NCBI GenBank assembly: GCA_946965045.2
Contig: OX337229.1
Coordinates: 1,860,001 to 1,924,000, forward strand
DNA from: Epithemia pelagica
Taxonomy: Eukaryota > Protista > Bacillariophyta
DNA length: 64,000 nucleotides
Direction of reading: 5' to 3'
The notes under the pieces were generated by a model that did no database searches, was not told where the DNA came from, and was given only the letters and a program-made list of their open reading frames with translations. Shown piece after piece: positions 20,408 to 31,437 of this stretch (position 1 is its first letter; the number at the start of each line of letters is the position of its first letter). A program made the translations under genes and the position numbers.

Positions 20408-22975
20408 TCACAAGGCACTTGACTTGATTTCATCCAACGCCTGTAACATGTCCGGGAGCGTCAAGGTGAGACCCTCCAACACGGTTCCATCCGCAGCACC
20501 ACGAGCCGTTTCCCCCTTGTCATTCGGAACTGGATCATCCACATCCTGATTCTTTTGATTCCGCCACCGCGCCAATGACAGAGAGCCGGCACAACGCACC
20601 AATCCAGCCAAGTCCGCTCCCGAGAATCCTTTCGTGTAGCGATCCAAGGCCAAATCTACTCGCTGTTGCCCAATTCGTTGAACGAGTTCCATTTGTCCTC
20701 GCTCTCTGTCCGAATCTCGCTGCGCGGACCGAAACCTTACCTTGTTCCATATTGACTTTGCTCTTACAAACAGTCCTGGATGTCTTTCCTCTTTGTTTGG
20801 TGGTGAATAAATAGATTCCAACAGGGGCTGCGAAAGTCGGTTCGCTCGACGGAAGCCGTCCAAAAGGATTTGCAATATTTCCCGTCGCCCCTGCACATCC
20901 GGTAAGGGACATTCTACCTGTACTTCCAACCGTCCTGGTCTCAAGAGAGCTGGGTCCAGAAGTTCTTTTCGATTCGTCATGGCGATCAGTAGCACATTGT
21001 CTAGGGCCTGGACACCATCCAGCTTGGATAGGATTTGATTGACGGCCGACGCCCTTGTCACCTCGCTACTTACACCAAGCGAACTTCGTTTTCGAAACAA
21101 GGCATCGCATTCATCAATTACAATGACATGGAGCGAAGAACGCGTAAAATCTCCCCTGCAAACAAGCAATTCTTGTTCGGCATCGACAAAGAGTTGTCGT
21201 ACCATGGCTTCAGTGCCTCCAACCCACTTGTCCAATAAATCGGGTGCGGCAACAATTTTGGGAGGCCGGGCCCGAATCAAACGACAAATCTCTCGGGCCA
21301 AGAGCGTCTTGCCACAACCAGGTTTGCCATAAAGGAGCAACCCACGAACCGGTTTGATTCCAAGTTCCCATAGTGACGACGACAAGTCTTGCTTACTAGG
21401 CGAATTCAAGACTGAATTGCCATTCTGGCCTTGATCATTGCTGGTATCTGCCGTTGTGTTGTTGTCTTCATAATAAGGAAAATACAAGCGGCCATCCAAA
21501 ACACGACGGACAATTTCATTAATTTGTGGTCGCAGTCCACCCAACGAAACTTGCAACATGGATTGCAAATTGGACGAATTGGACAGGTTCCACAAGTCGT
21601 CCTTCTCTGGATTGCCCATTGTGCTCTGTCCCCCGTTTGCTGTACTGTTGGTCTGACTCGATTGTATAACAAAGAGCTGTTGTAAAATATTCATGACTCC
21701 ACCAGTCCTCGTCGTCTGCGTCATGTCCAGTGGAGAGACCAAGGTCGACATTTCGTCATAGTCCTTCAAACTTGTGGTCGTCCACAGGCTGTTGCTCTTG
21801 TTGTCATCTCCCAGCACGACAGAGATTGTGTTCAACTGGGCTCCCATGAGGGCCATTTCATTGGCCTTGGGAGACAAGGACAGTTCCCAAACCAGGCAGG
21901 GACCCACATCCAAGGCCTGATACGATCGACGACTTCCACCATACTGCAACCAGCAGGGATTCTTCACGCTAGTTTGGTTTGGGTTGTGAATGTTGCTGAT
22001 TGGAAGGGCAATCTGAGTTCGTTGTCCTACTTTGCGCAAGGGTCTCGAGGAGGATGCAGTCGTGGATCCCAACAATCGAAAGCGCTCCACTCCACCCGAC
22101 AAGACTTTGCCATATACCATGGCCCCGACCGGGGTATCCAGGAACCTCGACAATGTTTGACCCGATGGAATGGCAAAGATACGACAAGAGACTTGCCCAA
22201 TAATCTCTTTCACATCCTCTGGTATACTCGTTATATCATCTACCACTGATGTTGTTGTTTGTTTCCCATTTTCCAGCCGAGACTCCATGACCTGATGCGC
22301 TACAGCCAGTTGTAACGGTAGAGAGAGATCCCAGACAAAGGGTTTGGGAACCTGGAGCATCCAGTTTAGCCAACGACGTGACTGATACCGCGTCACAATC
22401 ATATCCTTGTCCAGCAAGTTTTCGTCGTCGGCGGGCGGGGCAAGTTCCAGTCGATCCAGTATGGTGTGTTGGAGTTCCAGTGCTGTTTTCTCGTCAATCC
22501 AATTGCCCCATCCTGTAGAGGTTCCTTCCATACCAGACAATTCCTTTGAGGACGTAGAATTTGTCTCTAATAAGACAAGGGCAATCTGATCCACCAACGT
22601 TTGCCACGCACTCCTACCAACGTCATGTACAGCAGCACAGCCGACTGTCTTCTCGTTTGCACCAACACCATCCTCCACATCCATCTTCGATTCGTGAGAG
22701 GGATCATGAGCAAACAAAAGTCTGGTCAGAGAAGAGAATGTCCATTGTCGAAACCGATACGAGTCTAGATTCGAATTGCGTGTATGAGGCAACAAGAGTC
22801 CCTGCGTACTGCCTGGCAAGACGAGAAGGATAATGGTCCACACGACTCCCCAATACCACCCAGGAGCAAGAATAGTCCATCCCCTCTTTGATATCACGCC
22901 TTTCCAGAGCGTTGTCGTCGTTGCCAAGAACATCTCATGGTATAGATCCAATAATTGACCTCTCGTCGTTCGCAT
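20408..22975 (-). CDS. AAA+ ATPase with one NSF-D1-like module and a long uncharacterised N-terminus; signal-peptide-like segment
   Basis: Walker A GKPGCGKT, Walker B VIVIDECD, pore loop KWVGGTE, SRH MTNRKELLDPALLRPGRLE, FSGADLAGLVR. PKIVAAPDLLDK and LHVIVIDE resemble NSF/Sec18 D1. Confidence 0.85.
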   Translation of the reverse strand: MRTTRGQLLDLYHEMFLATTTTLWKGVISKRGWTILAPGWYWGVVWTIILLVLPGSTQGLLLPHTRNSNLDSYRFRQWTFSSLTRLLFAHDPSHESKMDVEDGVGANEKTVGCAAVHDVGRSAWQTLVDQIALVLLETNSTSSKELSGMEGTSTGWGNWIDEKTALELQHTILDRLELAPPADDENLLDKDMIVTRYQSRRWLNWMLQVPKPFVWDLSLPLQLAVAHQVMESRLENGKQTTTSVVDDITSIPEDVKEIIGQVSCRIFAIPSGQTLSRFLDTPVGAMVYGKVLSGGVERFRLLGSTTASSSRPLRKVGQRTQIALPISNIHNPNQTSVKNPCWLQYGGSRRSYQALDVGPCLVWELSLSPKANEMALMGAQLNTISVVLGDDNKSNSLWTTTSLKDYDEMSTLVSPLDMTQTTRTGGVMNILQQLFVIQSSQTNSTANGGQSTMGNPEKDDLWNLSNSSNLQSMLQVSLGGLRPQINEIVRRVLDGRLYFPYYEDNNTTADTSNDQGQNGNSVLNSPSKQDLSSSLWELGIKPVRGLLLYGKPGCGKTLLAREICRLIRARPPKIVAAPDLLDKWVGGTEAMVRQLFVDAEQELLVCRGDFTRSSLHVIVIDECDALFRKRSSLGVSSEVTRASAVNQILSKLDGVQALDNVLLIAMTNRKELLDPALLRPGRLEVQVECPLPDVQGRREILQILLDGFRRANRLSQPLLESIYSPPNKEERHPGLFVRAKSIWNKVRFRSAQRDSDRERGQMELVQRIGQQRVDLALDRYTKGFSGADLAGLVRCAGSLSLARWRNQKNQDVDDPVPNDKGETARGAADGTVLEGLTLTLPDMLQALDEIKSSAL

Positions 22976-23114
22976 GTGTTTTTGTGCGACTCATGTGCGC
23001 TTTGAGTCGCACGGGAGCGGGACCATGGAATGGTCCATGCCGTCCTTTCCGCTCGAGATGCATACTCTTGTGATCCTATTCGCACGCAGCGTTCTTTAGT
23101 AGTTCTACACACTA

Positions 23115-24656
23115 TCACGAGGAGTGGGCATCCCAAAGATACACGGATTGATCGTAAAACGAACAACTGGCGGCGACATCCATAGTAGTGTTCTTCCGTT
23201 TCGTTGTGGTGGTGGTGGGATTGACCAGCCAATCGGCTCCATAGGCCAAACTTTGGTGTTGACAAAATTCTCGAGTCACGTGTAGTTGCGGCAATGCGTC
23301 CGTTCTTTGGTCCTGGTCCCACCAGTCGGTAGTGGATTGGTCATGGACGTGAAGGATTCGACATCCTCCATGCATGGCGGCCACCAACAAGGATTCATCG
23401 ACCAGGGGATGCCATTTCAATCGCCAGACTCCTCCTCCAACTGTGGTACGACACAGAGGAGTCGCCTTGTTGGAGGAGCATGACACGTATCGGACATCGC
23501 ACAAGGCTACGGTTTCATCGTACGATCCAATGGCCACAATATGAGGACGACGGGGATGATGCTTGAGGCACGTGACGCCTGCCTCGAACCAGTTGGATAA
23601 TTGAAAGGCAGGACGAGGAACAGGAGCATACTCGTTGGTCGTTGTTGTTGTTGGCAATGATCGGATATCCCAGAATTTGACCAAACCGTCATCGGCACCC
23701 GAAGCAATCATCCAGGACGACGACGAGTCAGATCCATCACCACCACCCAATGAGACAAAATCGGCGGACCAAACTTCTGTCGGACAAGAAGGTGCGAGAG
23801 AATGAGCCCTCCAACAAGATTCGTGTTCCATAACTGCCTCGAGAACGGGGTTCGTCGAGTCCTGCGGCATTGTCCACATGACTTGGGAAAGAGCGACACG
23901 CCCGTCCGAATAGGTAGATACCAATCGATCTGCACCAAAGGTTGTTGTCGTGTCATTGTTGCCATGAGAATGGTTCTCTGTAGTGGTGGAGGGTTGCCAA
24001 TTGAGAGAAAGACAAAGTGGCGCCCTTCCCCCCGTAGCATCTAGGTCGTCGATGGGAGGACCTTGACCACAAAAGTCAATGGTATACAAGGGATCTGTTC
24101 CTTCCTCCTCTCCACCTTTTTCATTGACTTGTTGTTGCTTTTCAGTTGGGTTTGGTTGCGTGATGCGCAAGTTATGCAGGCCAATGCGACCGGTCGAATG
24201 GGCCGAAGCAAAGGGATACAACAAATGACGACGACGACGACCAGTAGAGTCATCCATCCTGTTTAGTGGAGGGCCCCATTTTCCATCCAAAATGCCTCCT
24301 GGACAAACGGTCGATTCGACAGAAAGGACAATCTGGGCTGGGTCATTGAACTGGAGGGGCTTGTTCTGGTCCTTGTCGCCATTGTCGTCGTCGTGATTGT
24401 TGATGGTGGGGACGTGAATGGCATGAAATTCCATGTGTCCCACACGATTCTGGGTGGATTCTTGCAATTGATAACAGGACAGCATGAGAGGCCATATACG
24501 ACGACGACCACTTCCCGGCAATTCTATCGGCAAGGCCATGGTTTCCAAGGAACAGGCGGGCAATGGCGCTTGACACTGGTCGTGAATGCGTGGTGACGAC
24601 GACTCGCCCGTTTCGGTCGCTGCCACTGCCGATCGGGCCGAGTTGCTGAATGTCAT
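23115..24656 (-). CDS. DPH7: WD40 diphthine methylesterase-like protein (DPH7/WDR85/RRT2)
   Basis: EVWSADF, IASGADDGLVKFWDIR, FEAGVTCL, AIGSYDE, GGGVWRLKWHP, AAMHGGC, HQSLAYGADW, SCSFYD. Confidence 0.9.
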   Translation of the reverse strand: MTFSNSARSAVAATETGESSSPRIHDQCQAPLPACSLETMALPIELPGSGRRRIWPLMLSCYQLQESTQNRVGHMEFHAIHVPTINNHDDDNGDKDQNKPLQFNDPAQIVLSVESTVCPGGILDGKWGPPLNRMDDSTGRRRRHLLYPFASAHSTGRIGLHNLRITQPNPTEKQQQVNEKGGEEEGTDPLYTIDFCGQGPPIDDLDATGGRAPLCLSLNWQPSTTTENHSHGNNDTTTTFGADRLVSTYSDGRVALSQVMWTMPQDSTNPVLEAVMEHESCWRAHSLAPSCPTEVWSADFVSLGGGDGSDSSSSWMIASGADDGLVKFWDIRSLPTTTTTNEYAPVPRPAFQLSNWFEAGVTCLKHHPRRPHIVAIGSYDETVALCDVRYVSCSSNKATPLCRTTVGGGVWRLKWHPLVDESLLVAAMHGGCRILHVHDQSTTDWWDQDQRTDALPQLHVTREFCQHQSLAYGADWLVNPTTTTTKRKNTTMDVAASCSFYDQSVYLWDAHSS

Positions 24657-25226
24657 TGGAAATCTTGGAACTCAAAAAACCACAGCAAATCCTCACAAGT
24701 ATAAATGGAGAGGTAGAACCAGGACACCAGGGGACTTCCCAAACGCACAAGCGCACAAGCGATATGCTCAAAGAGTGCCGTGTCACCCAGACGTTATCCT
24801 CTCGAAAATTGCTCTTACTGCTGGTTCAACCGTGTGCTATCTCATTTCGTTTCACTGGAATTGTCACGCACTCTCATCATCAGTGCCCAAAGATCATGGT
24901 GTGGTGATGGGTGTCATGGTGCTTCTCGTGGGATATCTGGGCCCGTTGAATCCTCCGGTACGCCCGCCAGTAGTTCGACGGGTCATTGCTATTGCGAGCC
25001 CGGGCCTCAAATGATTGTTGCAAGGGTAGCCTTTTTGCTACCCGCTGCAACAAGTGCGACACGTGGCGATTCGTTGAGATGACGGAGCAAACGTGTTTGG
25101 GGCATGGACTATGAGGCAAAGTGTACGGTAAGGTGTCAAGTGTCAAAACGGACAAGAGAGGGTCACAAAACGATCCCATTCCTATTCATAGATCGGATTC
25201 AGATATACCCTATACCTCTCTAGAGC

Positions 25227-26549
25227 ATGCGAGGCGACGCATTTGACGACCACGACGAAGAGCGCAAACCCGAAGGGATTTCGAGAAGAAGTAGCAGCAG
25301 CAGCAGTCGAATGAGATCCTGGCTGGATTGGAAGGAGGAAGGGAAACGAGCCTACGAGCGTCATGACTATTCGACGGCGTTGGAATCCTATCGCAAAGCC
25401 TTGCGACCGGAATTCGAATGTCCCACCAAGGCGGACCAAGCCGTCTTGTGGTCCAATGTCGTAGCCTGTCGTTTGCAGTTGGTAGTGGAAAAGGAGGGTG
25501 ATCCACAAGCTCGTGCGGCAGTGGAAGATGCTAAACAATGTGTCCAGCTGAATCCCAATTGGTCCAAGGGATATCTACGACTGGCCTCGGCCTACATTGC
25601 TCTCGGTGGACATTCGAATGATGCCTGTAACGCTCTTCAATCAGCCATTCGAATTGACCCAGGAAATAGCAATGCCCGACAAATGTTGATTCGAGAACTT
25701 CGACGCGATCATGCGGCTGCGGCGGCCGCTGCATCAAATGAAGTCGATGAGTCTCGCGACCCACCGCTGAATCCAGACTATGTTCCACCATCCTCGTCTC
25801 CTTCTTCTTCTTCCAATACATTTTCGGCAACAAACTCGGCAACCTTTTCATCCTCGGCTTCCACTGCTTCCGCATCGGCTCCTCCGTCCCCTCGTCACGA
25901 CACAGCCGTCGATGACGGATTGACTTGGAGAGAACGCGTTTCCTTTCAAATGATACGAGCCAATGAATGGTATCAAAACCTGAATGGTGATGTCAAGACC
26001 ATGATCAAGATTGGCGTTTTGTTGCTTGTCATGTATGTGGCCTTTGGAGGAAGGTTTGGCTTGTCCTCCTCCATGATGTCTTCGGAATCATCCGCTCGTT
26101 ACCATGAAACGGGTGGCCGAGGCAATTATGGAGCCGATAATGCCTATGAGCAATTTCGTCGGCAACGACAACAACAACAACAACAGCAACAGCAAGCGAG
26201 GAGAAACTCGTATGATCCCAGCAGTCGTGCTGGTCGTGATTCCTATTCTTCGTATCATGACGATGGAGGTGGTTACTACGACAATTCCTACTATGCCCCA
26301 CCTCGGCGACAACACCACCATTCGTCCTGGTCTTCTTCGTCCTTTAGCATTTCCAATCTCTTTGATGGTAGCCTCCAATCCATGTTACTTTTGGCGGGCA
26401 TTGCCTACATTTGTCATCGCAATGGGATCAATCCCTTTCAAGCAATATTTATGCTCAATTTAATGGGAGGAGGTCGTCGACGGGGTGGCATGTACTACGG
26501 TGGAGGTGGATATGGCGGCTTTAATCGTCGACGGGGCTTTCGATGGTAG
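25227..26549 (+). CDS. TPR-repeat protein with two hydrophobic segments and a Gly/Arg/Tyr-rich tail
   Basis: WKEEGKRAYERHDYSTALESY, WSNVVACRL, DAKQCVQLNPNWSKGYLRLASA, ALQSAIRIDPGN form a 3-TPR unit. Confidence 0.85.
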   Translation: MRGDAFDDHDEERKPEGISRRSSSSSSRMRSWLDWKEEGKRAYERHDYSTALESYRKALRPEFECPTKADQAVLWSNVVACRLQLVVEKEGDPQARAAVEDAKQCVQLNPNWSKGYLRLASAYIALGGHSNDACNALQSAIRIDPGNSNARQMLIRELRRDHAAAAAAASNEVDESRDPPLNPDYVPPSSSPSSSSNTFSATNSATFSSSASTASASAPPSPRHDTAVDDGLTWRERVSFQMIRANEWYQNLNGDVKTMIKIGVLLLVMYVAFGGRFGLSSSMMSSESSARYHETGGRGNYGADNAYEQFRRQRQQQQQQQQQARRNSYDPSSRAGRDSYSSYHDDGGGYYDNSYYAPPRRQHHHSSWSSSSFSISNLFDGSLQSMLLLAGIAYICHRNGINPFQAIFMLNLMGGGRRRGGMYYGGGGYGGFNRRRGFRW

Positions 26550-26877
26550 AACAAATGCTTTTAAAAAAGTTATCCTGTAAAAATGTATCAACAAATCTGT
26601 AAAATGTCTTTTTTGGTCGATCGCAAAATCTTCTTGATGTGAAACAACACCATAGTACCAAATACTACTCATATTCCATGCCACCGATGCGCTTTCTTGA
26701 CTCTTGGTTCCAATAGTTCCGTTACTTTTTCTTACGGAACCAACGCTGAAGAGGTTTCCAAAAGAGAGCCTAGGCACTATCACATGCAATCGATCATGAA
26801 TGTTAGTACAGAAATAAGTAGGAGTATAGATCAAGGCACGTATCCATGTGTTCTCGGGAACGAGTTTATTGTCATCC

Positions 26878-28269
26878 TTACATTGCAATGACTGCCGCCG
26901 TAATAACTCCAAAAAACAGCAAGGCTTTTTCCAGAGAATCCAATGGGGAATCCCAAAAGCGAGCAAGCGACGAACTCGACGAGGAGGACTTGCTGACCAC
27001 TTGCAAATCATCACCACAAAATCCAGTGGTGAGATTGTCAAAATATTTGGAGTGAGAGGCCATTTCGATAAAGGCAAAGAGTGCATTGGCCTGTTCGGGT
27101 TCCGGAGTGGTTTCGTTGGTGGTCTGCATGGCGGCGGCTGTGGTACCACCACCTGTAGTAGTAGAAGATCTACGATGATGACAGTTATCAATAAGACCAC
27201 CAGCAGCGCGAATATTGGAACAATCGGCCACAACACAGGTCTCTCCCGTCTCGTCGTCGTCATAATACTCCACAAAACATGTGGTGCAGTTGACGGCCCT
27301 GTTCCCATCAGCCAAGTCGCGAATACTGTCTCCTCCAATCCCGACGACTCCTGTTTTGGGAGGGATGAAGGTTAAGGTACATTTTTGAGGCGCCATGAGA
27401 TCGTCCAGATACAGGTCCTCCAAGGAATGAATGTCCATTCGAATGGTCAAGGTACTACCCGCTTCAGGACCTTGCGTGTAGGTGATGGACTCGCTGAACC
27501 AGTACCAAGGGTCCGGGATAAAGTCCATAACGTTCAATTTTTCAAAGGCACTCAAGTAATCCGACATGGTCGAAGCTTCCGCGTCGGATGTGAGTGAGGA
27601 CAGGGCCACGTCCAGGTTGAGAAAATCTTGAACGGTAAAGGTAGTTTCCGTCCAAGTCAAGTGACCCCCTTCTTCCGTTGCAAAGACACCACACATGTCC
27701 AAGTCATTGACACAAATTTCACAGTCATTGACACATTGGTAAAACTCCTCCATGCGCAATCGCCCAAAGGCTCGATTGACACGCTGGACAAGTTGTCGCA
27801 AGTCGGCTTGAGTTTGAACTTGGGCATTTTCAAAGATTGGGTTGAGGACTGTATCAACGTTATCCCATTCCGAGCAGGTACAATTGGTCTGATAGCTGGC
27901 CTTGTCGTACAAGGTGAGGCTGTAATCGTCGTCAAACTTGACACCCGTTCCACCGTCCGTACAGAGGTCGGATTCTTCCTCCATGAGACGACGAAAGGGT
28001 GGAACCACCGAAGACGACGTTTGTCCTTCTTCTGGTTCTGGGATCAAAACATGACGATCTCGTCTTGCTTGTTGACGAAACTCCTGCACCTTGCGGACCA
28101 ACTGCCAGTGAAGTTTCTGCTTCAAAGCTCGCGTACTGGATGCTGAATCCAACGACGACGACAATGGAGTGTTCTTGGCTCTGTGATCATTGTCGTTGAC
28201 ACGAGCATGACAGCACTGACTTCCATGAAAGGAGATCAACAGCAAGGCGAAAAGACGGTCGGGATGCAT
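26878..28269 (-). CDS. Secreted Cys-rich cell-surface protein, possible GPI/C-terminal anchor
   Basis: N-terminal signal, RRL propeptide-like site (FRRLMEE), many Cys, Thr-rich linker, Ser run followed by hydrophobic C-terminal tail ALLFFGVITAAVIAM. Confidence 0.75.
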   Translation of the reverse strand: MHPDRLFALLLISFHGSQCCHARVNDNDHRAKNTPLSSSLDSASSTRALKQKLHWQLVRKVQEFRQQARRDRHVLIPEPEEGQTSSSVVPPFRRLMEEESDLCTDGGTGVKFDDDYSLTLYDKASYQTNCTCSEWDNVDTVLNPIFENAQVQTQADLRQLVQRVNRAFGRLRMEEFYQCVNDCEICVNDLDMCGVFATEEGGHLTWTETTFTVQDFLNLDVALSSLTSDAEASTMSDYLSAFEKLNVMDFIPDPWYWFSESITYTQGPEAGSTLTIRMDIHSLEDLYLDDLMAPQKCTLTFIPPKTGVVGIGGDSIRDLADGNRAVNCTTCFVEYYDDDETGETCVVADCSNIRAAGGLIDNCHHRRSSTTTGGGTTAAAMQTTNETTPEPEQANALFAFIEMASHSKYFDNLTTGFCGDDLQVVSKSSSSSSSLARFWDSPLDSLEKALLFFGVITAAVIAM

Positions 28270-28368
28270 TCCTTCTTTGACTGTGGAACTGCCGATATAT
28301 TCCGTTTTGTGACCGTAGTGTCGCTGGACTCTTTTGTGTGAACGAGCAACAAAATAATGAGCTCAAAG

Positions 28369-29158
28369 TCACTAATTCAGGTCGTCCGAATAGCAAGTTC
28401 GTGTCAAACAAAAGACTACAATAAGCCTTAGGCCTTAAGGGCTGGGTAAGCCGATCCATGTTCGGCTAAGTAGGTTCAGTACAAAAGCTACGTAGCGTAC
28501 ATAAAATCCCATAGTACACGACATACCTGCAATGGTGGGAAGTCCGAAAAATGCAAAAACACTCCACGATGATGGCGAGATCCGGTGACGCCGTATGCAT
28601 TCACCCATGCATCGCATAAACATCCAACCACCGTAAGTCCTTTGCCTTTACCTTTGAAATTGTTGTCTAAAATTACAGAAGATCTGCCAAGTTGGCTGAA
28701 AAGGTACGCTCATTTTTCTGCAGTGATGAAATCGAACGACCGCCCTAACTCACTCATTTTTCAATGCTGACTCGACCGAATTGAAATCATAGTCACTCTA
28801 GCAGTAAATAATCTTATTGTGAAAGCGGTCGAGTCAAGCTCTATTATTGAGGAAGTTATGGCCATAGGGGTGATGGCTTCCACCATTGTCGAGCGATGGC
28901 TTCCAATTTGCATTGTTTCTCGTGGCAGCAAGTTTTCAATTTGTGACCATTCGCCCCACTTGTTACACTGATGAAAATAGTACTACGTAGCTTAATGTAC
29001 TGAGCCTACTTAGCCGAACATGGATCGGCTTACCCAGCCCTTACAATCTACATTCGTCCTCTTTTCAGTAAACGGGTAAGGAGTAATGACCGTGCCCCTA
29101 TCTATCCCAATCTTTTCCCTACAACTGGGACTCTGAGTCTTGGCACCCGGATTAAACA
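28369..29158 (-). repeat. 3' LTR, split by a MITE (pieces 28369-28437 and 29042-29158)
   Basis: Both pieces match 38496-38675 contiguously. The minus strand starts TGTTTAA, preceded by purine-rich GCGGGGAC (PPT-like). Outer (left) boundary uncertain by a few bases. Confidence 0.9.
28438..29041. mobile_element. 604-bp non-autonomous MITE with ~58-bp TIRs
   Basis: TIR AGGGCTGGGTAAGCCGATCCATGTTCGGCTAAGTAGG perfect for 37 bp at both ends. The empty site in the other LTR reads GGCCTTACAATC, giving a TA (or TTA) duplication. No coding capacity. Confidence 0.92.
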
Positions 29159-29214
29159 GTCCCCGCAAGTTCATTGTTCCATAAACGATGAACTTGGATA
29201 CATCAATCAACGAA

Positions 29215-29979
29215 TTAAAGATCCGCTGCATTGGGAGATGAGATGGTGGGTGGTCCTGATTGACCGAATGCCGAGGAATAAGTGAACTGACTGACGAGTG
29301 CATTCCTTCGTTCGCGCGGTAAGATCTTGGTGAACAAGTCCGCGATGTTCGACTCCGTGTCCTCTTTTCCGACACGCATAATGGATGCAGCAACGGCCTC
29401 CCTCACTGCGTGGTAATTAATCGCGTTGTGTCTCTTCGACAAGATGGATGCTGGTAGACTCGTGTTCTTGACCACGCCCCTGTTGTCACAAAATACATCG
29501 GCGGGACCCACCACTGGCACTCCGAACATTCGAAGTTTGTACCTTGTCGCTACGATCATCTCCTTTGCAATCCTTAATGCAACAAATTCACTTCCAAAGC
29601 TGGAAGTCTCGACTGTATTCTGCCGCTTGGAATACCAAGTGATTGGCGCGTTCTGAAGAAAGATGAGAATACCTGTGTGAGATCGTCTCGTCACCATGTT
29701 ACCGGCATGGTCGGCATCAACGAAGCAGGTCACTTTGATCGGTCTTCCAAGTGGCTCAGGCATTCCCGGTGGTAACTCTTCTGCGACAGTCCCATAAAAT
29801 TCTTGCCATTCCTTGATGGGGACTTGGGCAAAGCAACTCTCGTCGACGGGCACATCTTTCGGGTCGAAAACCATTTTCAATTTCGGGTGTTTTTTCACGA
29901 ATGCAAAGACATGATATATGGCTTCGAGGTGACCGCGCCGTGGATTCGCGAGGTATTGCGACATAAGCGATACCTCCAG
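29215..29979 (-). pseudogene. Copia RT C-terminus and RNase H
   Basis: EVSLMSQYLANPRRGHLEAIYHVF...CFVDADHAG...RRSHTG...ETSSFGSEFVA...FCDNRGV...KRHNAINYHAVRE...NIADLFTK. Confidence 0.93.
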
Positions 29980-30171
29980 GGAGCTGGGGTAATCCTGAGC
30001 AGCTCGCTGTCATGCCAGGCAAAGTCTGACTACAAAGCGGAACACGACCAGAACGCTTAATCGATGTACTATAGCATAAACTATGAACATGGACAAATAG
30101 AGAACTAATAGAAAGATTTAGGCCCACCACCACCCGGTTTTTGCAACCGCCCCAAATCATACTACATTTAT

Positions 30172-31316
30172 TTACAGACGCACCATCTTGTGTTTCATGC
30201 CGCCTTCAAACTTGGCGTCCGGCTCATGTAGGGAAATCAACAACGCTCTGAATGCGTTTGTTATGTCGTACATAAATTCGTAGTCGAACCTGCTTTGGAC
30301 CATGAAAGGAAGAGTCAGAGAAAACTTTGACCTGACAAAGTCTGTTTCTCTTTTTCGCATCTGATTCATGGCGTCTTCCAAAGCAAGTTTCATTCGTAGG
30401 TTTTTCTCCTCGACATGCCACTCTCTGTGCATGTGTTGGGTTAGATACTGGATATGAGTTGCGTTGTCAGGCCAAATTACCTTCACATGTACCTGTAGCT
30501 GGCTTGGATCCACTTCAATCAAGCAATTTGTTGTGTCTTCATGTGCAATACCTGTAGGCAACACCACCAAAATCACCAAATGACGCTGTTTCTTGTCGTC
30601 GACCCACTGTGTCAAGACATGAGGAGGCTCCCAATTCCTCATCATGTCATTACCACTGTCTTCTTCATTTGTCTTTTTCCTCTTTTGTTGTAGTTGTACC
30701 TGTAGTGTCTCCTGTAATGGCATGGATCCTGCCACCCTTTTCTTCACCATAGCATCATCACTGACAACAGACTCAGGAGCGACCTTGGCAGCAACACCTG
30801 GTCATAAAAGACAATAAACCACCACAGGTAAGGACAGTGACTCAACAATCAATCAAACAGTGTACACTGGCACTTACCTTGTCCTTTGGACGACCCAAAC
30901 AAAGAAGGAGCTGGTTTGAGATCTCCATCATTGGGGTTCCTTACCTTTCCACCCATAGATGGGGCCGTCTCACCACCACCCAACAACTCATGACCAGTCT
31001 CTCTCTCATGTTGATCCTTCAAGTGGACTTGATATTTTTTTTTGGCTTTGTTGAGGGCCAACCTGAATGATTCCAATTTGTACTTTTGGAAAACAGCATG
31101 CTCCAACCACACAGATTTGGGTGTGGCGCTCTCCAGGATCAAGCCTTCTGACACGATTTTGTCAAGGAATTCGGCATCTTTCGACTTTGAATCCCACGAA
31201 AGCAGGGCACCCTCGCCCAAAGTGTTGCGGCCAGACCTGGTCATCGGAGTATAGGTACTATTAGTACCTAAAACTGTAGCGCGAGGGAGTGCAAAACCAG
31301 ACTGGTCTGTTCGCAC
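30172..31316 (-). CDS. Accessory protein of the Harbinger-like element; 2 exons (31316-30878, 30797-30172)
   Basis: The two listed ORFs join in frame across a GTAAGT..CAG intron (KGQ-G|VAAKVAPE...MVKK). Lies wholly inside the TIRs. Function not recognised. Confidence 0.78.
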
Positions 31317-31437
31317 GAAAACTAATTATGACCCTAAAAACAGTTCACCAAAATCCAAACTGGGTCGGTTTTCATCATGGACTCCATTTTTCAATCGAGG
31401 AGGCCATGCCCAATTTGGCTCCAATTCTTAAAGTAGT

